Origin: a virus
Length of the DNA: 64,000 bases
Virus genome (UHGV): UHGV-0277313
Strand: one strand, 5' to 3'
The position numbers and the translations under genes are program-made. Positions 26,400-36,086 of this stretch are shown here, piece after piece. Below the pieces are notes generated by a model that was not told the DNA's origin, made no database searches, and worked only from the letters and a program-made list of their open reading frames with translations. Position 1 is the first letter of the stretch. Each line of letters begins with the position of its first letter.

Positions 26400-27482
26400 A
26401 TGGCTAATGCTGGTTGTGCTCGTTGGGCTTATAACTATGTTGTCGGTAAAGAAACTGAATCTTTAAAGAGCAATAAATATATTCCTGTTAATGATTTAAG
26501 AAAAGAAGTTACAAAATTAAAACAAACAGATGAATTAAATTGGTTATTTAATTATGATTGTGATATTGTTAAGCAATCAATGAAAGATGCTGATAAAGCA
26601 TTCAGAACATTTTTTAAGAATAAACAGAAATTTGGATTTCCTAAATTTCATTCTAAACATTCATCTAAACAATCTTTTTATGTTGATGGTGTTAAATTAA
26701 AAGTTTGGTCGAATAAAATCAGAGTACCAAAAGTAGGTTATGTTAAGTTATATGAAAAAGATTATATTCCAACGGATGTTAAAAGTTATACCAATCCAAG
26801 AATTTTATTTGATGGAATAAGTTGGTATATTTCTGTTGGTGTAAAAGAAGATGATCCTAAAAAGATTACAAATAATGTTGTTATTGGCATTGATTTAGGA
26901 TTAAAGGAATTAGCAACATGTTCCAATGGACTTGTTATCCATAATATATCCAAATCAAAAAGATATAAAAAGTTAGAAAAGAAATTAAAAAGACAACAAA
27001 GGCAAATGTCAAGATCCTTAGAAAGGAATAAGATTGGAAAGAAATTTGTCAAGACAAAGAACTTTGAGAAATATAGAAAGAGATATTTAAAGACAAGTAT
27101 TAAGATGAATAATCTGAAGATAGATTATTTCAATAAATCTATTGTAGATATCATGAAAACCAAGTGTTGTACAATAGTTCTCGAAGATTTAGCTGTAAAG
27201 AATATGCAGAAAAATAGAAAAATATCTAATGCTTTTCAGAAATCTGCTATTTCTCAGTTTAGATCAAGATTGATTCAGAAAGCTGAAATGCTTGGTGTCA
27301 GTATATCTATCGCAGATAGATTCTTTCCAAGTTCAAAGATGTGTTCTCATTGTGGACATATTAAAAAAGATCTGACATTGTCAGATAGAATATATCATTG
27401 TGATATATGTGGGTTTGAGGTTGATCGTGATTTAAATGCTGCGATCAATCTCAAGAATACCGTGAGATCCACGGGAATTTAA
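26400..27482 (+). mobile_element. tnpB: TnpB (IS200/IS605 OrfB family RNA-guided RuvC nuclease)
   Basis: FGFPKFHSKH block; RuvC-I IGIDLGLKELATCSNG; C-terminal zinc finger CSHCGH...CDICGF followed by DRDLNAAINL (RuvC-III). N-terminus may be disrupted (KVYKTKLNLTYN* in another frame just upstream). Confidence 0.75.
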
Positions 27483-27580
27483 GCCTTCTATTGATTTGTT
27501 AAGATTATACTTGACAAATTCATGTAGGAATTATAAGATTAAATACTTAGTTATAACTTATAAAGATCGGAAAAAGAATA

Positions 27581-28540
27581 ATGAGTAATGTTGATCTAAT
27601 TGAATGGTGGTTGCATCAATTTAAATTTACCGAACAAGATATGAACTTGTTGCAATCGTATGAAACTGATTTTATTATTACAAATAAAGATTACGATATT
27701 GTAAGAGAAAAAGCTTTGTCGATGTTGCCTGTACATTCAATTGATTATCATATTCATTTTGATACTTGTGCAACAAACATAATTGATAATTTATTTTTCA
27801 AGTATGTCGATGATGACACATTAGTCATTACAACAATGAGCGAACATCCTTCTGTAAAAAAGAATTTAGAGAAGTGCAAGAATGTAATATACATGTGTTG
27901 TAACGGAAAAGTGATTGAAGATTTTTATAAGCAATCGGACAAAATAGCTAATTTTAAAAAGGTATTTGTTTATAATATAGCTTTATCTGTTGGTGATGGG
28001 CATATAACATATAATGACAATTTATTGGAGCTGAAAAGGAATCTAGATTCATTAGGTATCAAATCAGTTTTTGTATTAGATGCTGTACAAGAATTGTTTA
28101 TGTTGCCGCGTGATTATTCAATCTATGATTATATTATTGGTACTGCACATGCATTCGTCACGAAATACGATACTGGAGTACTTTTAAGTAAAGAGTATAT
28201 ACCGTCAGCTAAATCGTGTTTATCACAAGGTGATCAGTATTTAGATTTATTGTCAATGTTGATAAAACATAAAGAACAATTATATCAATTTAAATATGTA
28301 ATGGTGCAAGTATTTGGAAAATATTTATCGACAGATAGCGCTTTAAGTGTAACAGAAAACGGGCCGTATGTATTCAACTTGATTGATAAAAAGAATCGAT
28401 TGGTTGGAATTACTGAAGCAGATCCAATTGCACAACCTGAAAATACTAATGCAACATTAAGAGCTTGCGAATCTTTATTGGACCAAAATACGTTTATAAA
28501 TAAAGTGGAAACGATTAAATATCTGTTGTCGGAGAACTAA
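27581..28540 (+). CDS. cysteine desulfurase-like (aminotransferase class V fold) protein, paralog 1
   Basis: VITTMSEHPSVKKNLEKCKNV and VLDAVQELFMLPRDYSIYDYIIGTAHAF resemble IscS/NifS ITSxxEHxAV and VDAVQS...SGHK, but Lys of SGHK is Ala. Confidence 0.5.
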   Translation: MSNVDLIEWWLHQFKFTEQDMNLLQSYETDFIITNKDYDIVREKALSMLPVHSIDYHIHFDTCATNIIDNLFFKYVDDDTLVITTMSEHPSVKKNLEKCKNVIYMCCNGKVIEDFYKQSDKIANFKKVFVYNIALSVGDGHITYNDNLLELKRNLDSLGIKSVFVLDAVQELFMLPRDYSIYDYIIGTAHAFVTKYDTGVLLSKEYIPSAKSCLSQGDQYLDLLSMLIKHKEQLYQFKYVMVQVFGKYLSTDSALSVTENGPYVFNLIDKKNRLVGITEADPIAQPENTNATLRACESLLDQNTFINKVETIKYLLSEN

Positions 28541-28542
28541 AC

Positions 28543-29400
28543 ATGAATGAAAAGAAAGAATTAATAAATATTTTTGATTATGATTTGTTTGATTGGGCAG
28601 ATATGAAAACACATTCAATCTCAACTAGTAAATCAACACAAGAAGAAGATAAAAAGTCGTTTATTAAAGCATATAAATTAAATGAAGTAGAAGTAGCTAT
28701 TGAGCCGCAAAGCTATCCTGAATTTCTAAAAACAGGGTCAGTAGGAATTGTTTATAGTGGCGGTTATGATTCAACTGTCTTAATGCTTCAAGCGTTAATG
28801 AACGGGGAAACAGTTAAACCGATTATATTTAATTTTGCACAGGATGATATAATTAAAGCAGTAAACTTGTCTATTTTAAAAAATAGATTTGGTGAGAATT
28901 TATTGGAACCTATTTGGTTCAATTTTTTCGGTTTGCAAGGCGGAATGTGCGGAACACAATGTACACAACAGTTGGCAATTCACAATATGTTGACATATTT
29001 GTCTAATGATGTTTTGAAAAGTTTGAAAGAGATTCAGGTAGGATACGTAATGAACGATGACGCTGTTTCTTTTCAAGAGGAATTGAAAGATGTTGTATCA
29101 ATTGGATTTAAGATTCAAGATAAAGTCAATGTTCCTATTACATATCCTTTAATACAAAAACATAAATATTATATAGATGATTTTATTCAACAACATTTAG
29201 GGTTCAATCATTTATGTTTGTCTTGCCAGTTGCCAAGTTTTAATTATTATAAAGATTCTGATGCTTTATATATTATCACGGCAACTTGTAATGGCTGTAC
29301 ATCTTGTATGCATTCACAGTTATATAATTTGAATTTTTATCGTGGTAATTGTGTTGTTTTAGCAACAAGAATCCCATTTGCTAAACGATCTTGTTTTTGA
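28543..29400 (+). CDS. PP-loop ATPase (QueC/TtcA-like) with C-terminal Cys cluster
   Basis: GIVYSGGYDSTVLM (SGGxDS PP-loop); C-terminal CLSCQL...CNGCTSC metal-binding cysteines. Confidence 0.6.
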   Translation: MNEKKELINIFDYDLFDWADMKTHSISTSKSTQEEDKKSFIKAYKLNEVEVAIEPQSYPEFLKTGSVGIVYSGGYDSTVLMLQALMNGETVKPIIFNFAQDDIIKAVNLSILKNRFGENLLEPIWFNFFGLQGGMCGTQCTQQLAIHNMLTYLSNDVLKSLKEIQVGYVMNDDAVSFQEELKDVVSIGFKIQDKVNVPITYPLIQKHKYYIDDFIQQHLGFNHLCLSCQLPSFNYYKDSDALYIITATCNGCTSCMHSQLYNLNFYRGNCVVLATRIPFAKRSCF

Positions 29401-29437
29401 TAGACTAAAAAGAAACTAATTGATTTATAGGTGATAA

Positions 29438-30202
29438 ATGATTTTTGCTGATACAGAAACAACTGATTTGACTGAACCAAAAGTCTGTTCAATCGCAATG
29501 ATTAAAGTTGATCAGTTTGGGAGCATTGTTGATACTTTGTATGAAATGATAAACCCTGAAAAAGAAGTATCATTAAATGCAAGTCAGGTTAATGGTTTTT
29601 CTTTAGAATTATTACAATCATATAAAACATTTCGTGAATTGGCTGATAAAATCATTAATTTCGTTGGTGATGAAGTTGTTGTTTTCCATAATGCAGATTT
29701 TGATATGAGTGTATTAAATAAAGAATTTACTGAATGTGGTAAAAATGTTGATTGGAAAATTATTGATACGTTACGTTTATCTTGTGATATCTTAAATAGT
29801 AAACATAAATATGTCAAACATAATTTAAATGCTTTAACTGAATATTATAATTTGTCGAATTTACGTGATGACAAACATGATGCTTTAATAGATACAAAAA
29901 TGTTGAAAGAAATCTATTGTTGTTTGATGAAAGATTATAAAGAAATTAAAAACACAAAAGATTTTTGGACACAGAGAGGTCTAGTTGAATTAGCACATTA
30001 CCCTAAATCAAAAGTGTGTATTGGAGGAATGTGTTATAAAACATGTGATCCTAATAGAACACGTGAATATTGGCGTGGTTATGTTTGGTTAAATTCAGGT
30101 GATGTTGTTGAGCCTATATATACAAACAAAATAACATTTAATACACGTGATGGAAAAATGACTTTTGATTTAGCATCTATTTCTATTTTGAAAATAAAAT
30201 AG
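29438..30202 (+). CDS. DEDD-family 3'-5' exonuclease (DnaQ-like)
   Basis: Exo I MIFADTETTDL, Exo II VVFHNADFDMSVL, Exo III HDALIDTKML; extra ~90 aa Cys-containing C-terminal region. Confidence 0.7.
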   Translation: MIFADTETTDLTEPKVCSIAMIKVDQFGSIVDTLYEMINPEKEVSLNASQVNGFSLELLQSYKTFRELADKIINFVGDEVVVFHNADFDMSVLNKEFTECGKNVDWKIIDTLRLSCDILNSKHKYVKHNLNALTEYYNLSNLRDDKHDALIDTKMLKEIYCCLMKDYKEIKNTKDFWTQRGLVELAHYPKSKVCIGGMCYKTCDPNRTREYWRGYVWLNSGDVVEPIYTNKITFNTRDGKMTFDLASISILKIK

Positions 30203-30262
30203 TTATTGACATTTATTCTTTAATGATATAGCATATAACTATATACAGAAGGAAGGTGTATT

Positions 30263-30676
30263 GTGATGAAAATTCGTTTAAGTCAAGAAGAAATGAAACA
30301 AGTAACAATCTTGCGTAATATCTTTAAAGGAAGATATGTTGAATGTTTTTTAAATTCTTCTGATAAGAACACAAGCGTTGTTCGTGTTTTGAAGAAACAA
30401 GAAAGAGTTTTTCAAGGAAGCTATTGGAATCAATCACATGAACCTCTTCGTGCAGACGTTAATGTGTTTTACTTTAGTTCATCTGATGCAGTTTCGTTGT
30501 ATGTGAAGGCATTTTATGACAACAAGGAAATTGGGTTCAATATTGAAATTGATATAAATGATTTACGACAGGTTACAAAACAGACTGTATTAACGGATTT
30601 AAAGTTAACACCTTTAGTTAAAGGTGTGGTTATAAAATTAAAAGATTTGGGACAAACAACATTGGAATCAATTTAA
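30263..30676 (+). CDS. C-terminal-tail paralog family protein (ends DLGQTTLESI)
   Basis: 137 aa; promoter-like TTGACA at ~30206; tail motif. Confidence 0.6.
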   Translation: MMKIRLSQEEMKQVTILRNIFKGRYVECFLNSSDKNTSVVRVLKKQERVFQGSYWNQSHEPLRADVNVFYFSSSDAVSLYVKAFYDNKEIGFNIEIDINDLRQVTKQTVLTDLKLTPLVKGVVIKLKDLGQTTLESI

Positions 30677-30688
30677 GGGTAACTAGTT

Positions 30689-31000
30689 ATGATTAAACCT
30701 ATTGAAGAAAATATTGAGCTGTTGGAAAATCTTTTGAAAAAACATTTAAAAGGTTTTGTACAATTTTCTGAAAAAGATGATAATGTTGAAATTGACAATG
30801 GTTTCATTTGTTTTAAAATGATTCAAGTTACAGATGGTTTTTCTGGTTATTCTTTAAATATGCGTATGTTGCTATCCGAATTGATGTTAATAACTAAAAA
30901 AACACAATCAAATGAAATTGAGTTACATTATAATTGGGACAATGATTTTGTGGATGTTTCTATAAAAGAGGCTGGTGTATATACGCTTGAGACTGTTTAA
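30689..31000 (+). CDS. C-terminal-tail paralog family protein (ends EAGVYTLETV)
   Basis: 103 aa, tail motif. Confidence 0.55.
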   Translation: MIKPIEENIELLENLLKKHLKGFVQFSEKDDNVEIDNGFICFKMIQVTDGFSGYSLNMRMLLSELMLITKKTQSNEIELHYNWDNDFVDVSIKEAGVYTLETV

Positions 31001-31359
31001 TGATTGATGACGCGCTTTCTAAAAAGATTGCAAAATTAGCAACAAAGTTACACAATAAAAAATTTGTTGATGAAGATAATAATGAATTCGTTGTTCGTAT
31101 ATCCCCGAAAATTTATGAAACACATACAAAAAAATATATAGACTTTTGGTTGGATAGTAATTACTATTTGCTACGGATTTTAGCTGTTCATAAAAATTTT
31201 TTATTTAGAAGAAGAAAGTGGTTTCATATTCAAATACCTATTGATGATTTTGCAAATATAGATTTAGATTTATCATCAATCACATTTACAAAATGTAAAG
31301 ATAGTGTTATCAAATTAAAATTTGTTGATATTGGAACAGCTTGTTTGAATGAAATTTAA
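31000..31359 (+). CDS. C-terminal-tail paralog family protein (ends DIGTACLNEI)
   Basis: 119 aa, tail motif. Confidence 0.6.
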   Translation: MIDDALSKKIAKLATKLHNKKFVDEDNNEFVVRISPKIYETHTKKYIDFWLDSNYYLLRILAVHKNFLFRRRKWFHIQIPIDDFANIDLDLSSITFTKCKDSVIKLKFVDIGTACLNEI

Positions 31360-31419
31360 TGTTGACATTGTGCAAAATTTAATATAATATATTTATATAG
31401 TTTTAGGAGAAAGTGGCAT

Positions 31420-31863
31420 ATGAGAATTTTTGTTGTTCCAAGAAAGTATATCAAAATGTTTATGCATACAGATATGTTTTTTAAACATAATAACTTTATC
31501 AGTATTGGTGAAGTTGCAGGTTATGAAGGAGTACCTGTTAATACTGAAAATGTTTTAAAACTTGTGTTCGACGATATGTCAGATAAAGAAACAGTTGGAA
31601 CATTGTTTACCGAAGAACATGCCATTCAAATTAAAAACTTTGTTGATCGTATTGATAAAAGTAAAACTTTGTATGTTAACTGTTTCGCAGGTATATCAAG
31701 AAGCGGTGCAGTTGGTACGGTGATTAACGATTATGTCAACTGTTATCTTAACGGGTTGAAAAAGAATGAAGATTGGTATTCATTCTTTGACGATAATAAA
31801 CAAATCAAACCAAATGCTTATATTATGAGGGTTATGAATAAAACGTTTGGATTGACATATTAA
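31420..31863 (+). CDS. dual-specificity/tyrosine phosphatase-like protein (CX5R motif)
   Basis: VNCFAGISRSGAVG = C-x5-R P-loop; SD ttaggaga upstream; promoter TTGACA at 31363. Confidence 0.55.
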   Translation: MRIFVVPRKYIKMFMHTDMFFKHNNFISIGEVAGYEGVPVNTENVLKLVFDDMSDKETVGTLFTEEHAIQIKNFVDRIDKSKTLYVNCFAGISRSGAVGTVINDYVNCYLNGLKKNEDWYSFFDDNKQIKPNAYIMRVMNKTFGLTY

Positions 31864-31877
31864 ATTAGGAGGGTAAA

Positions 31878-32159
31878 ATGAAATTGTGCAAAGATAAATT
31901 CAAAGAAAAGGTTGGTTATTTTTATCTTGATGCTATTGATTGGGTTTGTAATGACACAGATCTTAACAATTTCATTTTACCTGAAAAGACAGAATTTATG
32001 TCAATTAAAGAAATGATTCGATATGCTATTGATAATGTCCCTGCATCTGCAACAGAATCATTTGCACAATTTCATTACATTAAAAATGATGTGATAAAAG
32101 AAGAAACAGCGTTGCTGTTTAAATATTACAACGGTTCGCTTAAAACATTTCAAATCTAA
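31878..32159 (+). CDS. hypothetical protein
   Basis: 93 aa, SD taggagggt. Confidence 0.5.
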   Translation: MKLCKDKFKEKVGYFYLDAIDWVCNDTDLNNFILPEKTEFMSIKEMIRYAIDNVPASATESFAQFHYIKNDVIKEETALLFKYYNGSLKTFQI

Positions 32160-32161
32160 AT

Positions 32162-32905
32162 TTATCCTGTTGATTTCATGTATGTAAAATCAAGAATTAC
32201 ACAACCAACTATTCCGTTTGTATATGCTGCGCCGTAGCTAGGTTGAAAACCCCCTGCTCCATAGCCTGTAGTTGTATCATCATATGCACTAGGTGTTGGC
32301 GCAAACACACTGACTGAACCATATGGAACGGTATAGCCATTTTTATTTAAACTGTTACCTCCTGTTGCTGTACCACCATTTGCTGCATGGCCGTTGTCAT
32401 ACCAACCGCTCATTCCACCTTGACCGCCTGTTGCTTGCATGTTAATATTTGTTCCAACACAGCTAGAAGTACCACCATCAGCACCTTTATGACCACCCGC
32501 TGAAGTAGGCCCGCCAGCTGCTGCACCTGCGGCGCACGCTCCAGCTTTACCAACAATACAAGTTAAACTCTGAAGACTTAAATCTTTTGCTGCTGTGCCA
32601 GTAAAGACGCTTTTACATACAGCGCCACTGCCACCTGAACGACCACACCATTTATTACCGTGATAGAATGTGCTTTCACCGCTACCACCACCGCCGCCGA
32701 CGACCGTAATTGTTAACGACAATAATTCTTTAGGTAAAGTAAAGCTATACGTTCCAGCAACGTTAAATGTTTTGTTTTCAGTTGTTTGAACTTTAGTAAC
32801 ATAAACCAGCTGTTTACCTTTGTAGACTCTCCTAATATTTTTATTATCAGAAGATATTTTTGTTAAATTTTTATTAGACTTTTTTATTGTCATCATTCTT
32901 CTCAC
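32162..32905 (-). CDS. glycine-rich structural protein (VVGGGG-motif family)
   Basis: 247 aa; RRVYKGKQLVYVTK...LTITVVGGGGGSG then Gly/Ala-rich body. Confidence 0.6.
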   Translation of the reverse strand: MRRMMTIKKSNKNLTKISSDNKNIRRVYKGKQLVYVTKVQTTENKTFNVAGTYSFTLPKELLSLTITVVGGGGGSGESTFYHGNKWCGRSGGSGAVCKSVFTGTAAKDLSLQSLTCIVGKAGACAAGAAAGGPTSAGGHKGADGGTSSCVGTNINMQATGGQGGMSGWYDNGHAANGGTATGGNSLNKNGYTVPYGSVSVFAPTPSAYDDTTTGYGAGGFQPSYGAAYTNGIVGCVILDFTYMKSTG

Positions 32906-32961
32906 TAATTACTATTTATCGTAAGAACAAAGATTTATGTGATAAACAAATAACACTAAAC

Positions 32962-33000
32962 AAAAATGCCGGGCTAAAGTGCTCGGCATTTTTGTTTATT
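32962..33000 (-). terminator. rho-independent terminator
   Basis: aaaaatgccgggc-taaagtg-ctcggcattttt hairpin with T/A runs on both sides. Confidence 0.6.
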
Positions 33001-33014
33001 TATCTAATTCAATC

Positions 33015-33374
33015 TCAAAATTCAAAGACATAAGGTAATTCATCTTCACGAATTTCGAAAATCTTATCATGTGTCTTTACGAATCCATGTTCAACCAGAT
33101 ATTCAACAAAACCATAAAAAGGTGATTTTGCATCTTTCAACAAAGCGTCTTTATACATTTTTCTTAAGTTGAAATCTTTAATAACAAGAAAAGTTGTATG
33201 TTTTGCATCAGCATCATTGTCGGCAAATTCATTTAATTCAATTAATTCGCCAGCATGACAATCGAAGCCTTCAGGCTCATATGTATCCCAATCACGTTCG
33301 ATTTGATCTTCGTTAAGATATGAACGAACAAATTTACGATAGGATTCTTCGATTTTATTTTTAGAATCAGTCAT
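33015..33374 (-). CDS. hypothetical acidic protein
   Basis: 119 aa ORF. Confidence 0.5.
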   Translation of the reverse strand: MTDSKNKIEESYRKFVRSYLNEDQIERDWDTYEPEGFDCHAGELIELNEFADNDADAKHTTFLVIKDFNLRKMYKDALLKDAKSPFYGFVEYLVEHGFVKTHDKIFEIREDELPYVFEF

Positions 33375-33560
33375 TATTAAAACCTTTAGTTAAGTTGCAA
33401 CTGAATAAAGAACAAACTTAAAGACAATCAGCTTGACTTTTGTTTTTTAATTTGATATTTTAAAAACTTCACACAAACCAATGAAAATTGAAGAAAATTT
33501 CTTGCAAAATTTCATCGTTTGAGTTAATATAGAATAAATTGAGAAAAGAAGAAACGGAAA

Positions 33561-34754
33561 ATGATTCGCAGTTCAGCATTGACGTTAAAATTTGCAACAA
33601 GCAAAAAGCTGAACACCTTGGATTTGGTGTTTGACGAGTATGTCCGTGTTGTGAATTTGTATATTGATGCCTTGAGCCAATCAAAAGAACTGCCTAAATT
33701 CATCAATTTCAAAGTGGATACTTGGATTTCTGTTCAGCTCCAGCAAGTAGCTGGCAAACAAGCAGTGGAAATAATAAAATCTACCAGAAAGAAAGATCGA
33801 GAGATTAGATTGAAGAAATACAAGAAAACCTACAAGTATTTCTTAAATAAACAACGACAAAAGAAATTCATTAGCACGAAATTCAGCGAATTGAGATTGA
33901 ATTACAAAATAAAACCAAGGTATGATGGGAAAGTAATTCCGTTTGATCAACGCCAGTTTTCTTTATGTAAGTCAAATAATTCGTTTGACTTCTGGGTTCA
34001 TTTGCGTTGCCTTGGTAATAAATTTATTTTGGATTTGCCTTTGAAAAATCACAAGCACAATAAACAGTTTATAGATTGGAAACGAGTGGGTTCTTGTAGG
34101 TTGCTTAGAAACAATGGGAAATACAAAATTGAGTTGATTTATGAAAAAGAAGCTCCTAAATTAGCTAAACCAACAAAAATACTTGCAATAGATGCAGGAA
34201 TTAATTGCTTGATGTCTTGCTCAGATGGACGACAGCTTGGTTTAGAACTGAAGAAATTACTCAATGAATTGAATCAGAAACAACAGAAATCTAAATCATA
34301 CACTCGTAAATTGAACCAAATACATAACTATGTCCGTTGGTGCGTGAACCAGCTAAATTGGGGTAATTTATCTGATTTGGTGATTGAAAATCTGAAATAC
34401 ATTCAGATTGATACGAAGAAGCGAGTTAATAAAGTAACTTGTAAGTTGCTTTCCAAATGGAATTTGGGTTTATGGCGTAAAGCCATAGAACAAAAATGTG
34501 AAGAAAACTGTGTTTATTTGCATTATGTTAATCCCAAAGACACAAGCAGAACTTGTCCTAAATGCGGAAGCATTGACAAGGAAAACAGAAACGGTGAATT
34601 ATTTCATTGCATAAATTGTGGCTATGAAGCAAATGCTGACCTCAATGCAGCAATGAATATACTCACCCGGTTTTATCAGGAGAAACCTTTGCAGGTTGAT
34701 ATAGTCCTTGATTCTGCGAAAACTAATTTTAGTGATTTCATTAATTTTCATTAA
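33561..34754 (+). mobile_element. tnpB: TnpB (IS200/IS605 OrfB family RNA-guided RuvC nuclease), second copy
   Basis: RuvC-I ILAIDAGINCLMSCSDG; zinc finger CPKCGS...CINCGYEANADLNAAMNIL; 397 aa. Confidence 0.75.
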
Positions 34755-34797
34755 AATTGGTAACTATTGTAATTCCAATAACGAATTGAGGTTTAAT

Positions 34798-35706
34798 ATG
34801 ACATTTAATGACTTTTTGAAAATTAATGAAATCAAGGCATTGTTTAATTGCCCTGAAAATCTGATCTATCACCCTGAAGGCAATACAGGTGGTCATGTTG
34901 TCAAAGCATTAGAATGGTTAAATGCCAATTGCCCTTCTGAATACAAACACGATTGTTATATTGCAACATTGCTTCATGATATAGGAAAACCTTTAACGGA
35001 AAAGGAAAAGTTTCCTAAACATCCTAAACATGATGTATTGGGTGCTGAATTTATTACAAACAATTCAAATTTTCGTAAGGCTGTAGAGGATATTTACGGT
35101 GTTGTTGATTGGAAATTTGTCGAAAATGTTTGCCGTTATCACATGGTTTTTTGGCATTTTAAAGATAGAAATAAACGTGCATCTAGCTTTTTAACTTTAT
35201 TAGAAGATGTAGGCTATAAAAATATTGATAAATTTTTATGGTGTGTATTCGCTGATAATTGTAGTAATGACAATGTGAATGATAAAAGCTATGTAACATT
35301 GTTTCAGTTGTGTAAAGACTTGTTTAAAGACTTGAAAAACATGTGCGACAAAGTCATAGAACCTAGTCATAAATATAAACAATGGAAGAATATGTATTGG
35401 GAAACTAAAGTGCGAGTCTGTTCGGATGTTGTTAATACATTTAATAAAGAATCCAAAATTGTTGTGTTTGATGATTTGGTTCAATCTTTCATGAATATGC
35501 TAAAGAAAAAAGAAGGCAGTCAAATTAGCAATGATTCTGTTTCAATAAACAAAGAAAATTCGACATTATGGTTTAATGTTAACAATGTAAATTATGTTAT
35601 TGAAGTTTTTGATTTGCAAAAATGTAATTGTCGAGTCATTGCACCTGATTTATTTGAATTTAGATTTAGCACAGATTTCAACGTTTGGTTTGTTCGATTT
35701 AAATAA
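34798..35706 (+). CDS. HD-domain phosphohydrolase
   Basis: GHVVKALEW ... CYIATLLHDIGKP (H...HD motif); ATG at 34798 with SD gaggt; ORF track start 34708 overlaps tnpB. Confidence 0.55.
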   Translation: MTFNDFLKINEIKALFNCPENLIYHPEGNTGGHVVKALEWLNANCPSEYKHDCYIATLLHDIGKPLTEKEKFPKHPKHDVLGAEFITNNSNFRKAVEDIYGVVDWKFVENVCRYHMVFWHFKDRNKRASSFLTLLEDVGYKNIDKFLWCVFADNCSNDNVNDKSYVTLFQLCKDLFKDLKNMCDKVIEPSHKYKQWKNMYWETKVRVCSDVVNTFNKESKIVVFDDLVQSFMNMLKKKEGSQISNDSVSINKENSTLWFNVNNVNYVIEVFDLQKCNCRVIAPDLFEFRFSTDFNVWFVRFK

Positions 35707-36086
35707 TGCTTTTTAAAAATCTTTTATTTAGTACATCGTGGATAACAAATGAAAAAGTTGATGAATTTGTAAATTCAATAAATGGTTTACAATGTGAAGC
35801 ACATGTATCATTCGAAGGGCAAAGAGATGCGGTTATTAATCAGACTTCTAAAGTTGCAATCGCAAGTGATTACGACGTTTATTTCATAAATTTAAATTGC
35901 GTAATCAACAATAAAAAAGCTAAATTTAGTTTAATAGAAACGTTTTGTTTTGATCGAGGTTGGTTTGATAACACTAAATCTTTTGTTGGAAAGGAATATA
36001 AAATATTGTATAAAGATACAGTTAAAGGGCGTGTTCAATTTATCAGTGAAAAAGATGTAGGTGAAAGTTTGTTGGGAGACGTTTAA
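35706..36086 (+). CDS. C-terminal-tail paralog family protein (ends DVGESLLGDV)
   Basis: 126 aa, tail motif. Confidence 0.6.
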   Translation: MLFKNLLFSTSWITNEKVDEFVNSINGLQCEAHVSFEGQRDAVINQTSKVAIASDYDVYFINLNCVINNKKAKFSLIETFCFDRGWFDNTKSFVGKEYKILYKDTVKGRVQFISEKDVGESLLGDV

